NCBI RefSeq assembly: GCF_009914755.1 | Contig: NC_060930.1 | Source: the human T2T-CHM13v2.0 reference genome, Homo sapiens | DNA: 64,000 nucleotides | Direction: 5' to 3' (one strand) | In this document: in pieces, positions 41,330 through 55,299 of the stretch | Layout: each line of letters starts with the position of its first letter | How positions within the stretch are numbered: the stretch's first letter is position 1 | Notes under the pieces: model-generated | What the model was told of the DNA's origin: nothing | The model's database searches: none | Seen by the model: only the letters and a program-made list of their open reading frames with translations | Translations under genes and position numbers: made by a program

Positions 41330-41520
41330 TGCTCACTCCAGGTATACCAGTTGCCTTGGGTAAGAAATATACCTTCTAATTCTCTGTTATCTCAAATATA
41401 ACACAAGCTTAGTAATATGTATTTTACAAGGTTGCTGTAAGTATGAGAAAAGATAATGTATTAAAAATGATGCAAATTTTGAAGCATAGTAACACAAATT
41501 TTGTTGTGGTTATTGTATTA
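41330..41520 (+). mobile_element. MIR fragment
   Basis: CCTTGGGTAAG...ACAAGGTTGCTGTAAGTATGAGAAAAGATAATGTA. Confidence 0.55.
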
Positions 41521-42589
41521 TTTTTATTCCTTTGTATCTCTTGAGGGTTCATTCTTATTCTACATGTCTCTTCAGAGGAGAATCTTGTGAAGATTTTCTA
41601 TGTTCTAAAGTGTTTTTTTCTTAATATATCTGGGAACCCTCTTGCTTTTAACCTTACTTTACATACATTTTATTTACTCCAGCAGAATGTTTTTAACCCT
41701 CCAAACATCTTCTCTTACTTGGGAACTGTCCTCTCTAATGTAGATTATGTAGCTATTTGAGAAGTATTTATAAGCTTCAGTGTGAGTTAGAAGCACTGTT
41801 AGGGCAGTGTGCTTGTGTTGGGGAAAAAAATTAAAAGCTGGGGACTGACTACTTATTTTTCAATTGGAATTGCAATGTCAGAATCACTGTGGTAAGAGTT
41901 TGTTTTGCCTTAACTGAATGAAGTCACCTATTCATATTCACCTATTTATATTTACTAAGGTAATTAATTTTCATTTATTTCAACTCAGAAGACCTTCCAT
42001 TCTTTTAAGCTCAGCAAAAGGTTTAAATTTACTTTGGATCCTGCTGTAATTAGAAAATTTATCTTTGAGTAATAAGCAATATACTAATCATGGAAGACTT
42101 TATTCTTACAGGATAATCATTTCATGACCTCCAAGTTGAAAGCTCACTTAAGCTAAAAGCATTGATGGTAAATTTTTATTTAGTTGTTTTCCTCTGTGTA
42201 AATACTTCACAACTAACATCCTTTGGTGGATGGCTTTATTAATGTACAAAACTGGTTCAGACTCTTGATTAAATTCTACTGACCTGAGGATAAAAATAAA
42301 CCATTGTCTTTCCATGAACCACATTTACCTATTTATTCAGCGGCACTCACACTTTTTTAACATTCTATGGAGTATTATTTGTAAGCTAAACATCATGTTA
42401 TAAAATGTAGCCTTTACTTTTCATTATTGTTTGAATTCTTATCTGGAAAAATTGAACATTCTCATCTGATCTATGCATATAAAGTCATGACCAATAAATG
42501 TGAAGGAAGAAATGTGCATGGTTGACATGTTAGCACCCTCAAAATACAAAGAATTATATTGAAACAGCAGGCTTTGACCTTTTCCCCCA

Positions 42590-42960
42590 ATGATATACAT
42601 ATTTTATTTTTGGATACATATCCCCAACTTGCTTTCCCAAAAAGCAGCTTTAATTCACACTCTCACCAGCAGATTTTATTGTGCTGGTTTCCACAGATTT
42701 TTTTGAGCAGTGGGTGTGCTCAGTCTTTAAAACCTTTTCAAATCTGAGTTATAAACGATAAATCTCAATGTTGCATTTATTTGTTTTTAAAGCAAATATT
42801 ATGAATGAGACTATGTATTTACCACCATGTTTATTCATTAATAAGTTTTCTTACACTGTGATTTCCTTACTTATAACTTTTGCCTATTTTTCTTTTGGGG
42901 TGTTAGTCTCTTACCTATCTTTTTTATTAGGCCATTTCTACACTTTAATAGGTAATTGTG
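42590..42960 (-). mobile_element. Old L1ME fragment
   Basis: ATTCACACTCTCACCAGCAG; CTTTTGCCTATTTTTCT. Confidence 0.55.
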
Positions 42961-43540
42961 TTTCATAACTTATTACATGTTCAGCAGGATTTCACTTTTA
43001 AAGCAAAAGATCTGGCTAGGTATGTGATGGTTAGGTTCTTTCAGAGTTGTGAGTTCTTTACAAAAGAACATTCTCAAAATTCTGGCTTGAGACATTTGAA
43101 ATATTTTTTTCCCATATGCAACATAGCAACATATGGTTACATGGTCTCTCATTGATCAGGAATTTTAAGTACTGTGACAGGTTTTTGATTCTTTGATTTG
43201 TTTTTTAGTTTTTGGTTTTTTTAAGTGCAGGTATACACAAGTGGATAATTTATAATTTTTGGTTAATGAAAGAGTCTCATCATTGGTTCACACATACTCT
43301 GTTTTTGTTTAAGTAGAGATTTATTTACTTATTTATTGTTAAAAATGCACTGAGCAATGATGAAGTCACTCCTATAAATGAAAACTAGAACTTGACAATT
43401 ATCTCTAATTTTCTCCCTCCATTCCATTCACCTGCCTCTGGCTACTCAAGGCAATCAGCACTCTAAATACACTACTTCTCGTTTTTATATAGTCATTTAC
43501 CAATATACATCCTTAAATGTATATTCTTTGGTTGTAGTTA

Positions 43541-44285
43541 TGTTTAAAAAAAACTTTAGACAAATTAAATATAACAGAATCTATTAGAGCAAAGAACAAC
43601 CCATGAATTGAACAGTACTGAGAACCAGAAGAGGTTTAGAGAGCTCTGCTCAGCAATATGAGGAGTGCGCTTTAACAGGCCAAATACAGACGCAAATTAC
43701 AGAAACCACCTGATTAGCTGCAAGTAGGCATCTGGCCTTTTGAGTGTGGTGTAACGAGCTGGTTGCTTGTGATTGGATGAAACATAGCTGCTTGTGATTG
43801 GATGAAACTTGGCTGTTTGTTATACTTCTAAATTAGGTTTCAGTTTCTTTATGGTTTGGCTGTGTTCCCACTCAAATCTCATCTCAAATTGTTATCTCCA
43901 TAATTCCCACCTGTGGAGGGAGGGACCTTGTGGGAGGTGATTGGATCCTGGGGAGTGGTTTCCCCGAAGCTGTTCTCGTGATAGTGAGTTCTCACGAGAT
44001 CTGATGGTTTTATAAACAGCAGTCCCCGACGGGCTTTTCTGTTTCCTACCGCGTTGTGAAGGAGATTCTTGCTGCTTCTTCGCTTTCTGCCATGATTGCA
44101 AGTTTCCTCCGGCCTCCCCAGCCATGTGGAACTGTGAGTAAATTAAACCTCTTTCCTTTATAAATTACCCAGTCTCAGGTAGTATCTTTACAGCAGTGTG
44201 AGAATGGACTGATACAATTAGGTTGCAGTTTTCTACATAGGGGCTCAAGGGGTGTAGGCTGACTCAGGCCAAATTTGATTTAACA
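43541..44285 (-). mobile_element. ERV1 LTR, MER57-group, interrupted by THE1D
   Basis: TG..CA termini; right end reads TGTTAAATCAAATTTGGCCTGAG on the minus strand; paired GATTGG (CCAAT) boxes. Confidence 0.7.
43850..44216 (+). mobile_element. THE1D-like solo LTR
   Basis: ATGGTTTGGCTGTGTTCCCACTCAAATCTCATC...CAGCAGTGTGAGAATGGACTGATACA. Confidence 0.9.
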
Positions 44286-45084
44286 GTTGCTTGTAACTTT
44301 ATGAAATATTATCGTTATACTATATGTAGTACTTAGGGGAATGTGTTTTTTACTTACCTTTTGTTTTAAAGATTCATTTAATTTTTTTGTGTCTAGGTAA
44401 TTTAAAAAATCAGTCTTTTATAGTGACAGAGTATTCTGTTCTTCCAAATGTTACTCACTTTGATACTGAGATTTAAAAAAAAACAGCAATCATTATAAGT
44501 TCAGAGAATCACTGACAGGATGTCATCACAATAAGAACTGCTTTTTTATTTGGTCGTAGTGATTTTACTTGTTTCCTCAAACTCATGAGAGTAGCCTTTA
44601 TTTTGCTTATTATTAGTTTTATTCAAATAAAAGAGCTGGCTAAAATTGAGACTAAAACAAAGAATAATTTTCCCAACCAACTCTTTTAATCATGCTGCCC
44701 AGAAACCCCTCTCTGTTTATGTAGACTGCATTCCTACTTCACACAAACAAGGTTATAATTATTAGAAACACCTTTATAGTGTTAAACTTACGTAATTAGC
44801 CTTACACTAGGCATATTTTTTCTCACATTTACTTTAAGCAAACTATGTTTTAAAAATCTATTAAAATCTGACACATATGGGACTTTGAGTCCGTTTATTT
44901 GCTTAATTTAATTGGTTCTAATTAGGAAGTGAGCACCAATTAGATAGGTATTAATTGATTGTGAGACATCTGTATCTCAGAAGTAGAACTATAACTATAG
45001 TGCTGATTATCTTTTTTTCATCCTTCCCATGACAGCCATAATACCAAGTTTTCTAATGAGAAATAATCTTAATAATCACATAGT

Positions 45085-45130
45085 CCAGTGGTTTTCAATT
45101 CTTCCTGTATATTAGAAATACTGGGGAATC
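45085..45130. mobile_element. MER5A terminal fragment
   Basis: CAGTGGTTTTCAA...TATTAGAAATACTGGGGA. Confidence 0.5.
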
Positions 45131-45149
45131 ATTACCCTGCCAGAATTAT

Positions 45150-45440
45150 ATTTATAATAATCAGAAACTGGAACAATGCAAATTACTATCAATAAGTTAA
45201 TAATTCTGTGATATAATAAAGTGGACTATTACCCACCAATGAAAATCAGCATATTGAGTAAGAGAAGCTAGACACAATAAAATACATACTGTATGACTCC
45301 ATTTATACAAAGGTCTAGAGTAGGTCAAATTAACCTATTATGGGAGGAATGAGAAGATTAGCTGTTTGGGGGCAAGAGAAGGGAGTATTAACTGTTTAAA
45401 AGCAAAGGGGAATTTTCAGAGAAGATAATATTCCAAGTAT
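45150..45440 (+). mobile_element. L1ME 3' fragment
   Basis: GAAGCTAGACACAATAAAATACATACTGTATGACTCCATTTATA. Confidence 0.65.
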
Positions 45441-45444
45441 TTTC

Positions 45445-47100
45445 TAACATTTTATTATGAAAACTTTCAAATACACAGCAAAGCTGAGGGAATTTTACTG
45501 TAAATATCCATGCCCAAGATTCTACCATTAACATTCTACTATGATCCTTTTGTTGCAAAAGTATCCATTTATCCATAAATTTATCCATCCTTTGATGCAT
45601 CAATTATTTTTGTGTATCTCAAAGTAACTATATTAACTATATTAATATAGTTACCATTTGTTTACCATTTATTACCATTTAGTACCATCAGCAATCAGCA
45701 TGCATATCATTAACTAGAGTTCAATACTTTAGTTTTTATCCTTTTGAGTAATATTTACATGCAACGAAATGCCTGAATGTTGTTTATATTTACAGAGTTT
45801 CGACAAATGAATACACCTGTGTAATCCAAACTCCCATGAATATATACAACATTCCTATTATCACAGAAAATTTCTTTATGCTCTTTCTTGGTATTGGCAC
45901 TGTCAATACCCCCAGAGGCAATCATTGTTCTGGCTTGTTTGCACAATAGATTATTTTGCTTGTTCTATAATTTCATACGTATGTAATAATACAATATAAA
46001 ATTGTTTGTGTCAAGCTTCTTTTATCTTCTTGAGATTAATTCATGTTGATATGTGCATTTGCAATCTATTTCCTTTTAATGTTGAGAAATAGACCATTGC
46101 ATGAATATATCAGCATTTATATATACTCCTATTCATGGACACTTGAAATGTTTCAAGTTTGTGCTGCTATAAATACAGCTTCTTTGACCATTTTTGTACA
46201 AGTCTTTTTTTGCGAATGTATGTTTTAATTTTTATTGGAAAAATATCTATAAGTAGGAGTGTTGGTCACATCACTGGCACATGTTTAATTTTATAAGAAA
46301 CTGGCAGACTTATTTTCAAAAAATTTGTCTTTTAAAATCTTTCCACTAACAATGTGTGTGAGTTTCAGTTGCCCAAGAATCCCCAGAATATGTAGTTTTA
46401 TCAGTCTTTTTAACTTTGTGTATTCTGGTGGGAATGTAGTGGCATTTCGTAGTGATTATAATTTTCATTTCCCTAGTAATAATTTGAGTACTTTTTTTTC
46501 CGTGTGATCATTGGTTGTTTGTATATCTTTATCCATTTTGTTAATTTTTTACTGGATTATTAATCTTTTTTATTCAGTTGTAGAAATATTTTATATATTA
46601 CACAATTGCTTTTTTGGATGTATGTTATGGAATATTTTCTCCCTGTTACTTAATTATTCATTTAATATCATTTTATGACCAGGCATTTTTAATGAGTTTA
46701 TCAATTTTTTACTTTCATAGTTATTGTTTTCTGTGCATTTCTAAGAAATGTTTATATATTTCTGACTCGTGAAAATATTCTTTAAGGTTTTATTCTAAAA
46801 GCCTTATGTATTAGGTTTAGAACTATAGTCTATCTTGCAATAATTTTCTGTGTGATGTGAGGTAGGAGTCAAGGCTCATTTTCTTCACATGGGTATACTG
46901 TTTTCTCTGCATCATTTGTGGAAATTCTCTTTTCTCGTTGGATAACTTTGGTGACTTTAAAAAAATCAAATGACAATAGAAATATTCTATTTCTAGAGTT
47001 TCTAAGTCTTGGAATCAGGTAATACAAATTTTCCAATATCGTTATTTAATGTTGCTTTTGATATTCTGTATCTAAATTTTGATATATTTCGTAAAAATAT
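45445..47100 (-). mobile_element. Old L1ME/L1MC 3' UTR and ORF2 fragments
   Basis: TTTTATTATGAAAACTTTCAAATACACAG; CCCCAGAGGCAATCATTGTTCTG; GATGTGAGGTAGGAGTCAAGG. Confidence 0.7.
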
Positions 47101-47535
47101 TTGAATATGTACAGAATCATAGTATCAATGAAGAGAGATAAATTGACTTCTTTTCCTGTTTGGATGCCTTTTATTTCTTTATCTTGCCTGATTGCTCTGG
47201 CTAGGACTTCCAATACTATGTTGAATAGCAGTGGTAAGAGTAGGCATTATTGTCTTGTTAGAGTTCTTAAGGAGAATGCTTCAGGCTTATGTTAAGTATG
47301 CTGTTGGTTGTGGGTTTGTCATAGATGACTCTTATTATGAAGGTCTAATATCCAGAATCCACAGGGAACCTAAACAATTCAACAAGCAAAACATACCTAT
47401 TGAAAAGTGGGCAACACACATGAACAGACACTTAAAAGAAGACATATAAATGGCCAACAAACATATGAAAAAATACTTAACATTATTAATCAGAGGAATG
47501 CAAAACAAAACCACAACGATAAAAAGCCAAAAATA

Positions 47536-47836
<301 letters not shown>

Positions 47837-48177
47837 AAAAAGCCAAAAATAACAGATGTTGATGAAGAGTAAAGGGAACGTTTATTTCTGATGGGACTGT
47901 ATGCTTTTGTAGTTGTTCTCTGGTTATTTAGGGAATGTAAATTAGTTCAGCCACTGTTGGAAGCAGTTTGGAGATTTCTCAAAGGGCTTAAAATAGAACT
48001 ACAATTCGACCCAGAAATCCCATTAGTGGGTATATACCAAAAGGAACATTGTTCTACCGAAGATATACCTGCACGTGTATGTTCAACCCAGCACTATTCA
48101 CAATAGCAAAGACGAGGTATCAACCCAGTTGACCATTAATTGGTCATTAATATTAGTTGATTGAATAAGGAAAATGT

Positions 48178-48308
48178 GATATATATGTATATATCTCACA
48201 TATATAATATATACACCGTGTATATATGTGATATATATATCATTGTGATAAATGTGATCTATATATATCACACACATATATATGTATTTATGTGTGTGTG
48301 TATATATT
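48178..48308. repeat. TA-rich low-complexity expansion inside L1PA16
   Basis: Direct inspection. Confidence 0.85.
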
Positions 48309-48679
48309 ACCATGGAATACTACACAGCTATAAAAATCATGTCCCTTTGCAGCAACATGGATGCAACCAGAGGCCATTATTCTAAATGACTTGATTCAGG
48401 AACAAAAAACCAAATATCACATATTTTCACTCATAAGTAGGAAGTAAGCATTAGATGCACATGGACATAAAGATGGGAATAATAGACACTGGGGACAAGT
48501 AGAGATAGGAGAGAAGGAGGCAGGCAAGGGATGAAAAACTACCTATCGCCTAGTATACTCACTACATACGTAATGGGATCATTTGTATCACAAATCCTAG
48601 CATTACGCAATATATCCATGTAACAAACCTGCATATGTACCCCCTGAATTTAAAATAACAGATGACATTTTATGTTAAA

Positions 48680-50415
48680 GTTTGTCAATTATTTCAAATT
48701 TTTTTGGGGGATTGCATTGAATCTGCAGATTACTTTTTGCAGAATTGATATCTTAACCATATTGAAACTTCCAATCAATCCACCTATTTAGCTTTTAAAT
48801 CTCATTTATCAAAATTTGTAGTGTTTGGAATATAGGTATTGCACATCATTTGTTACCCTTGTTGTTAAGCATGTTCTTTGGAACCTATTGTAAATCAATT
48901 TATTTTAAAATTTTATTCTGCAATTTCTGCTGGCAGTATATATAAAAATACAATGACTTCTGTATATTAATATTGTACCCTGTGGCATTACTTAATTTAT
49001 GTATGCTTAGTAGTTTTTATACTACACAGGAATTTTACATACAAAATTATGTGCCAATAGACGGTTTCATTTATTTTAGATTTCTAACTTTTATTTTGTC
49101 TCTGTTTCTTATTTCAATGGCTTTTACCTACAGCGTGATATTGAGTAGGAGGGGTAAGAATGAGCATCCTTGTTTTTTTACCAATTATTGTGGGAAAGTA
49201 TTCAATAGTTTACCTTCATATGTGATGCCAGCTGTTTTCTCTAAATGTTCTTTACCAATTTGCTGATAATTTTAAAATTGTAAATCGATATTGTTTTATA
49301 TATAATCTTTGCATCTTTTGAATTAATCATATGGTTTTTCTCCTTTATTCCTTTGTAATAATGATTTGCATTAATAGATTTTTGAATGCTATACCAATCT
49401 TGCATTCCTGGCACATCCACTAACTTTTCCTCATTATCTATCTGTTTATATATTGCTGACTTTCATTTGCTTGTATCTTAGTAATAGTTTTCTTGTTTCT
49501 ATTCATGAGGGACATGAGTACATATTACAATTTTTATATTTTTGTCAAGTTTTGTAGTAGGATTATGCAAGCTTTATAATAAATGGGAATTATATCCTCT
49601 CAATTTCTAAAATAATATGTATCAGATTGCTGTTTTTTTTTCTTAAATATCTGATAACATTTACAAGTGAAGTGATCTGTGCCTTGGGTTTTCTTTGTGG
49701 AAAGGTTCTTCATATTCTATCTCTTCCTGTCTGTCTGTCTCTCTGTCATTCTTTGTATATATCTATCTACGCATATACACATGTAATTATAAAGGGCTAT
49801 TCTGATAGACTGTTTTATATTGTGCTACTTTTTCTTGGTAAGTTGTACTTTTCAAGGAATTTGTTCATCTTATCTATGTTGCTAAATACATTGGCATACA
49901 TTGTGTTATATCACAACGATAACATCTACATTGATAAGCCCTGTTGTATTTCTGATGTTGGTATCTTGTACTTTTTTCCTTTATTAATCAATATCTCAAA
50001 ATATTTCTTCATTATCTTCAGCTTTTCTATTAGCCAGATTTTGGCTTTGATAATTTTCTTGATTGTTTATTTTATATTTGATTTTCTGCTCACTTATTTA
50101 TTCTTTCCTTTAAGTAACTTGCACTTACTTTAGTCTTTTTCTTTTTTAGCTTCTTAAGGTGAAACCTTAGATCATTGAGTTCAGAGTTTTCTTGTTTTGA
50201 AATACAAGCATTAAAGCTGAAAATTTCCCTTGAAACATTTCTTTAGCTGTATAACACAAGTTTTTATATGTCTATTATTCAGTTTGAAACATTTTCTAAT
50301 TTCCATTGGGTTTTTTCTTTCACATGTAAATTATTTAGAGGCATATTTAATTTTTCAATATTTTGTGGTTTGTGGATATATTACTATTATTGATTTCTAA
50401 ATGTAATTACATATT
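48680..50415 (-). mobile_element. Old L1M ORF2, antisense continuation
   Basis: GGGATTGCATTGAATCTGCAGAT; CCAATCTTGCATTCCTGG; TTTCAAGGAATTTGTTCAT. Confidence 0.75.
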
Positions 50416-50419
50416 GAAT

Positions 50420-50920
50420 AACCTTACTGTGACTACTGTAACAAATTATGACAAACTCGATATCTTAAAACAACACAAATATGTAACAATACTCTGGGTA
50501 TCATCCATCTTGGGGGAAAATTCCTCTTCTATGGACTTCCGAAAGTAGAAGACAAGTTATCTGCCTCCAAGATACAGTGGTTAGAGAGACATGGGATAAC
50601 AATTGTAGGAATTACTGTTCCTAAAGGGAGAAAACGGAAGAAAGGAATAATCAGTTTCAAGAAATTTTGAAATCTAACTAGACAAATTCCATTATGTTTC
50701 AAAGCCTAGGATTAACTCTCTGTCGTTTGAGACTCCATGCCTAAGCCCAAGATTCTGCCCTTGAAGGTGTTCTTCCTTTTTCTGGAAAGAGAGTGCATAT
50801 TTGCAGCTGAGTAGTTTTATCAGCCTGTTTCCTGTCTGTAAAATTTTGGGAGACCAACAACTTTTTTATTTTGCCTCCATCTCAATCCAAGCTAGTAATG
50901 TTTCTGGTGACATAACATTA
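50420..50920 (-). mobile_element. MLT1 LTR end plus MaLR internal fragment
   Basis: CTGTAACAAATTATGACAAACT...TTAAAACAACACAAAT; CAAGTTATCTGCCTCCAAGATACAGTGG. Confidence 0.6.
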
Positions 50921-51097
50921 TCATTTAGGTATATGATCTGTCTTTAACATAGCATGTACACCTGGAAGAAATGTGTGTTCCGCAGTTATCTGGTTTAGTG
51001 GTCTATAAATATCAATTAGGCCAAAGTTGTTGATTATCTTATTTAGATCATCTGTATCTAATTTGTATCTGCATCTAATATGTATCATTTGTATTTC

Positions 51098-52500
51098 TAG
51101 TTTTAGTTTGTTTTTGTGGGTACATAGTAGGTGTATATATTTATGGATGTTTTATGCAGACATGCAATGTAAAATAATTAAATCACGGACAATGGGGGTA
51201 TCCATCCCCTCAAGCTTCTATCCTTTGTATTAAGAACAATTCAATTATATCCTTTTAGTTATTTAAAAATGTACAATTATTTCTGACTATAGTCACCCTG
51301 TTGTGCTATCAAATAGTAGGTATTATTCTTTCTAACTATTTTTTTACCCATTAACCATCCCCAACACTTGCCCAGCCACCCACTATGCCTCCCAGCCTCT
51401 GGCAACCATCCTTCTACTCCCTATGCCCATGAATTCAATTGTTTTGATATTTAATTCCCACACATAAGTGAGAAAATATGATGTTTGTCTTTCTGTGCCT
51501 GGCTTATTTCACTTAACACAATGATCTCCGGTTCCATCCATGTTGAAAATAACAGGATCTCATTCTTCTTATGACTGAATAGTACTCGTTGTGTTTATGT
51601 ACCACATTTTCTTTATCCATTCATCTGTTGAGAGACACTTAGGTTGCTTCCAAATCTTAGCTATTGTAAATACTGCTGCAACAAACATAGGAGTGCAGGT
51701 ACCTCTTCAATATACTGATTTCCTTTCTTTTGTGTATATACCCAGCAGTGGGATTGCTGGATCATATGGTAGCTCTATTTTTAGTTTCTTGAGGAACCTC
51801 CAGACTTTTCTCTGTAGTAGTTATGCAAATTTACATTCCCACTAATAGTGTACAAGGGTTCCCTTTTCTCCACATCCTTGACAAAATTTATTGCCTGTCT
51901 TCTGGATATAAGCCATTTTAACTGTGGTGAAATATTTCTCATTGTAGTTTTAATTTGCATTTCTCTGATCAATGATGTTCAGCACCTTTTCATATGCCTG
52001 TTTGCCACTTGTATGTGTTTTGAAAAATGTCTATTCAAGGCTTTGCTTATTGATCAGATTATTGGATTTTTTTCTTGTAGAGTTTCTTGAGATCTTTATA
52101 TATTCCGGTTATTAATCCCTTGTCAGGGGTAGTTTGCAAATATTTTCTTCCATTCTGTGAGTTGACTCACTTTGTTGATTGTATTCTTTGCTGTGCAGAA
52201 GCTTTTTAACTTGATGTGATCCCATTTGTCTATTTCTGTTTTGGTTGCCTATGCTTCTGGGACATTGTTCAAGAATTTTTTGCCCATACCAATGTCTTGG
52301 AGATTTTTGCCAATGTTTACTGGTAGTTTATACTTTGAAGTTTTAGATTTAAGTCTTTAATCAACTTTGATTTTATTTTTGTACATGGCAAAAGATAGGG
52401 GTCTAGTTTTATTCTTCTGCATATGGATATCCAGTTTTCCCAGCACTGTTTATTGAAGAGACTGTCTTTTACCCAGTGTATGTTATTGGCACATTTGTGG
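51098..52500 (-). mobile_element. L1MA2-like 3' end
   Basis: GTGGGTACATAGTAGGTGTATATATTTATGG...GGGTATCCATCCCCTCAAGC. Confidence 0.88.
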
Positions 52501-54222
52501 TAACTCTCTAGATAAAGAAAAGCTGAGCACATTCATCACCATCAGATCAGTTGTACAAGAAATGATAAAGGGAATTCCATAAGCTGAAAGAAAATTAGCA
52601 ACATGAAAAAATATGAAAGTATAACAATGACTGGTAAAACTAAGAAGTCAAATTCAAAATACTATAATAATGTAATGGTATATAAACTGCTTTTATTCTT
52701 AATATGAATGTTAAAAGACAAAGCTACTAAAAATAATAGCTGGCTATAATAATTTTTAAGGGATACACAATAGAAGAACATATAAATTGTGATGTCAAAC
52801 ATAAGATGTGACGGTAAAAAGTTTTAATGCAATCAAAGTCAAGTTATCAATTTAAATTAGCCTGTTTTAAATATACAATATTTTATGTAAACATCATGCT
52901 AACCACAAAACAAAAGCCTATAGTAAATACGCAAAAATAAAAGGTAAGGAATCGAAGCATATCACTAGAGAAAATTACCTAATCCAAAAGGAAGCCATCA
53001 AGAAAAAGTAACGAAGGATCTATACAACATTTAGAAAACAATTAAAAAATGACAGTAGTAAATCTATAATTACCTTGAGTGTAAATGGATTAAATTCTCC
53101 AATAAAAAGTAGATAAATAGATACAAAAAAGTCCCAACTCTATACTACTTATAAAATTCTCGCCTCACCTTTAATCACACACATAGACTGAAAGTGAAGG
53201 AATGAAAAAAGATTTCATGCAAATGGAAACCAAAAGAGCAGAAATATCTATACTAGATAAGGTAGACTACATCAAAAATTGTAAAAGACAAAGAAGGTCA
53301 CTATATAATAATGAGGTCAACTTATCAAGAGGACATAACAATTCTAAATACAAATGTACTCAACATCACAGCTCCTAAATATATAAAACAAATATTAATA
53401 TATATGAATGGAGAAAATACAAGGAAACTTCACTATCCAGCTTCCAAAAATGGTTATTCTTCAGAAAGAAAATCTACAGGAAAACATCAGACTGAAACTA
53501 CACTTTAAGGGGACCAAAGAGATATATAGATATCAGCTACCTATATACCTGTTCGGTCTCTTTAAAGTGTAGTTTAACTGATTTTTTAATGGATATATAC
53601 ATATCAATGGAGACATATATAACTTATGGATATAGAACATTTCATCCAACATTAGCAGAATACATGTTCTTAAGGGCACATGAAACATTCTTTGGGATAG
53701 ATTGCAGGGTAGGCCACAAAACAGGCCTTAACAAATTTAAAAATATTAAAATTATACTACATATCTTTTTTGACCACAATGGTATGATACTATAAATAAT
53801 TTTAAAAATTTCATAAAATTTCCAAATAAATGGAAATTTAAAAGTCGTGACCTTTAACAATGAACGATTCAAAGAGAAAAATAAAAGGGAAATTAAAAAA
53901 TATCTTGAGACAGTGAACACACAACATGCCAAAACTTATGGGATTCAGCAAAAGGAGTTCTTTTAAGGTAGAAGTTTATATCAATAAATACCTATGTCAG
54001 AAAAAGAACATTATTAACAACTTAACATTATTTCTCAAGTTACTAGAAAAATGAGCACACTAAGACCAAAGTCAGTAAAAGAAAGAAAATAATAAAAATC
54101 TGAGCAAAAATAAAAAAATAGACTTGAAAACATTAGAAAAGATTGCTGAAACCAAGAGTTGCTATTTTGAAAAAATAAAATCAACAAACCTTTAGCTAGA
54201 CTAAGAAAAATGAGAAAACTTA

Positions 54223-55299
54223 TGGGCAAGGACTTCATGTCTAAAACACCAAAAGCAATGGCAACAAAAGCCAAAGTTGACAAATGGGACCTATTAAAAC
54301 TAAAGAGCTTCTGCATAGCAAAAGAAATTGCCGACAGAGCGAACAGGTAACCTACAGAATGGGAGAAAATTTTTGCAATCTACTCATCTGACAAAGGGCT
54401 AATATCCAGAATCTATAAAGAACTCAAATTTACAAGAAAAAACAAACAACCCCATCAAAAAGTGGGCAAAGGATATGAACAGACACTTCTCAAAAGAAGA
54501 CATTTATGCAGCCAACAGACACATGAAAAAATGCTCATCATCACTGGCCATCAGAGAAATGCAAATCAAAACCACAATGAGATACGATCTCATACCAGTT
54601 AGAATGGCGATCATTAAAAAGTCAGGAAACAATAGTTGCTGGAGAGGATGTGGAGAAATAGGAACACTTTTACACTGTTGGTGGGACTGTAAACTAGTTC
54701 AACCATTGTGGAAGACAGTGTGGCGATTCCTCAGGGATCTAGAACTAGAAATACCATTTGACCCAGCCATCCCATTACTGGGTATATACTCAAAGGACTA
54801 TAAATCATGCTGCTATAAAGACACATGCACACGTATGTTTATTGTGGCACTACTCACAACAGCAAAGACTTGGAACCAACCCAAATGTCCAACAATGATA
54901 GACTGGATTAAGAAAATGTGGCACATATACACCGTGGAATACTATGCAGCCATAAAAAATGATGAGTTCATGTCCTTTGTAGGGACATGGATGAAGCTGG
55001 AAACCATCATTCTCAGCAAACTTATCGCAAGGACAAAAAACCAAACACCACATGTTCTCACTCATAGGTGGGAATTGAACAATGAGAACACTTGGACACA
55101 GGAAGGGGAACATCACACATTGGGGCCTGTTGTGGGATAGAGGGAGCAGGGAGGGATAGCATTAGGAGATATACCTAATGTAAATGAGGAGTTAATGGGT
55201 GCAGCACACCAACATGACACATGTATACATATGTAACAAAGCTGCACGTTGTGCACATGTACCCTAGAACTTAAAGTATAATAAAAATATATATATGTA
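54223..55299 (+). mobile_element. 5'-truncated L1PA4-like insertion
   Basis: Near-consensus young L1 3' end; perfect 20-bp TSD AAGAAAAATGAGAAAACTTA (54203-54222 / 55300-55319). Confidence 0.93.
54475..55140 (+). pseudogene. L1 ORF2p C-terminal (cysteine-rich) fragment, non-functional
   Basis: [24 protein letters not shown]...[19 protein letters not shown] matches ORF2p; EN and RT are missing; frameshift near LSKL reads past the normal stop. Confidence 0.9.

Noticed and set aside
43832-44234. ATTAGGTT(T/G)CAGTTT flanking THE1D as an unusually long TSD
   Set aside because: MaLR TSDs are 5 bp; this is more likely a native internal repeat of the MER57-type host LTR
47101-47400. Second clean twin-priming inversion in L1PA16
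   Set aside because: The inverted and sense parts are far apart on the L1 map (roughly 1 kb missing) and I see no TSD; cannot separate it from independent fragments
49627-50133. 168-aa hydrophobic ORF as a membrane protein
   Set aside because: T-rich antisense L1 sequence gives F/L/I-rich translations; non-ATG start
54475-55140. 221-aa ORF as a gene
   Set aside because: It is the C-terminal remnant of L1 ORF2p in a 5'-truncated copy with no promoter, EN or RT
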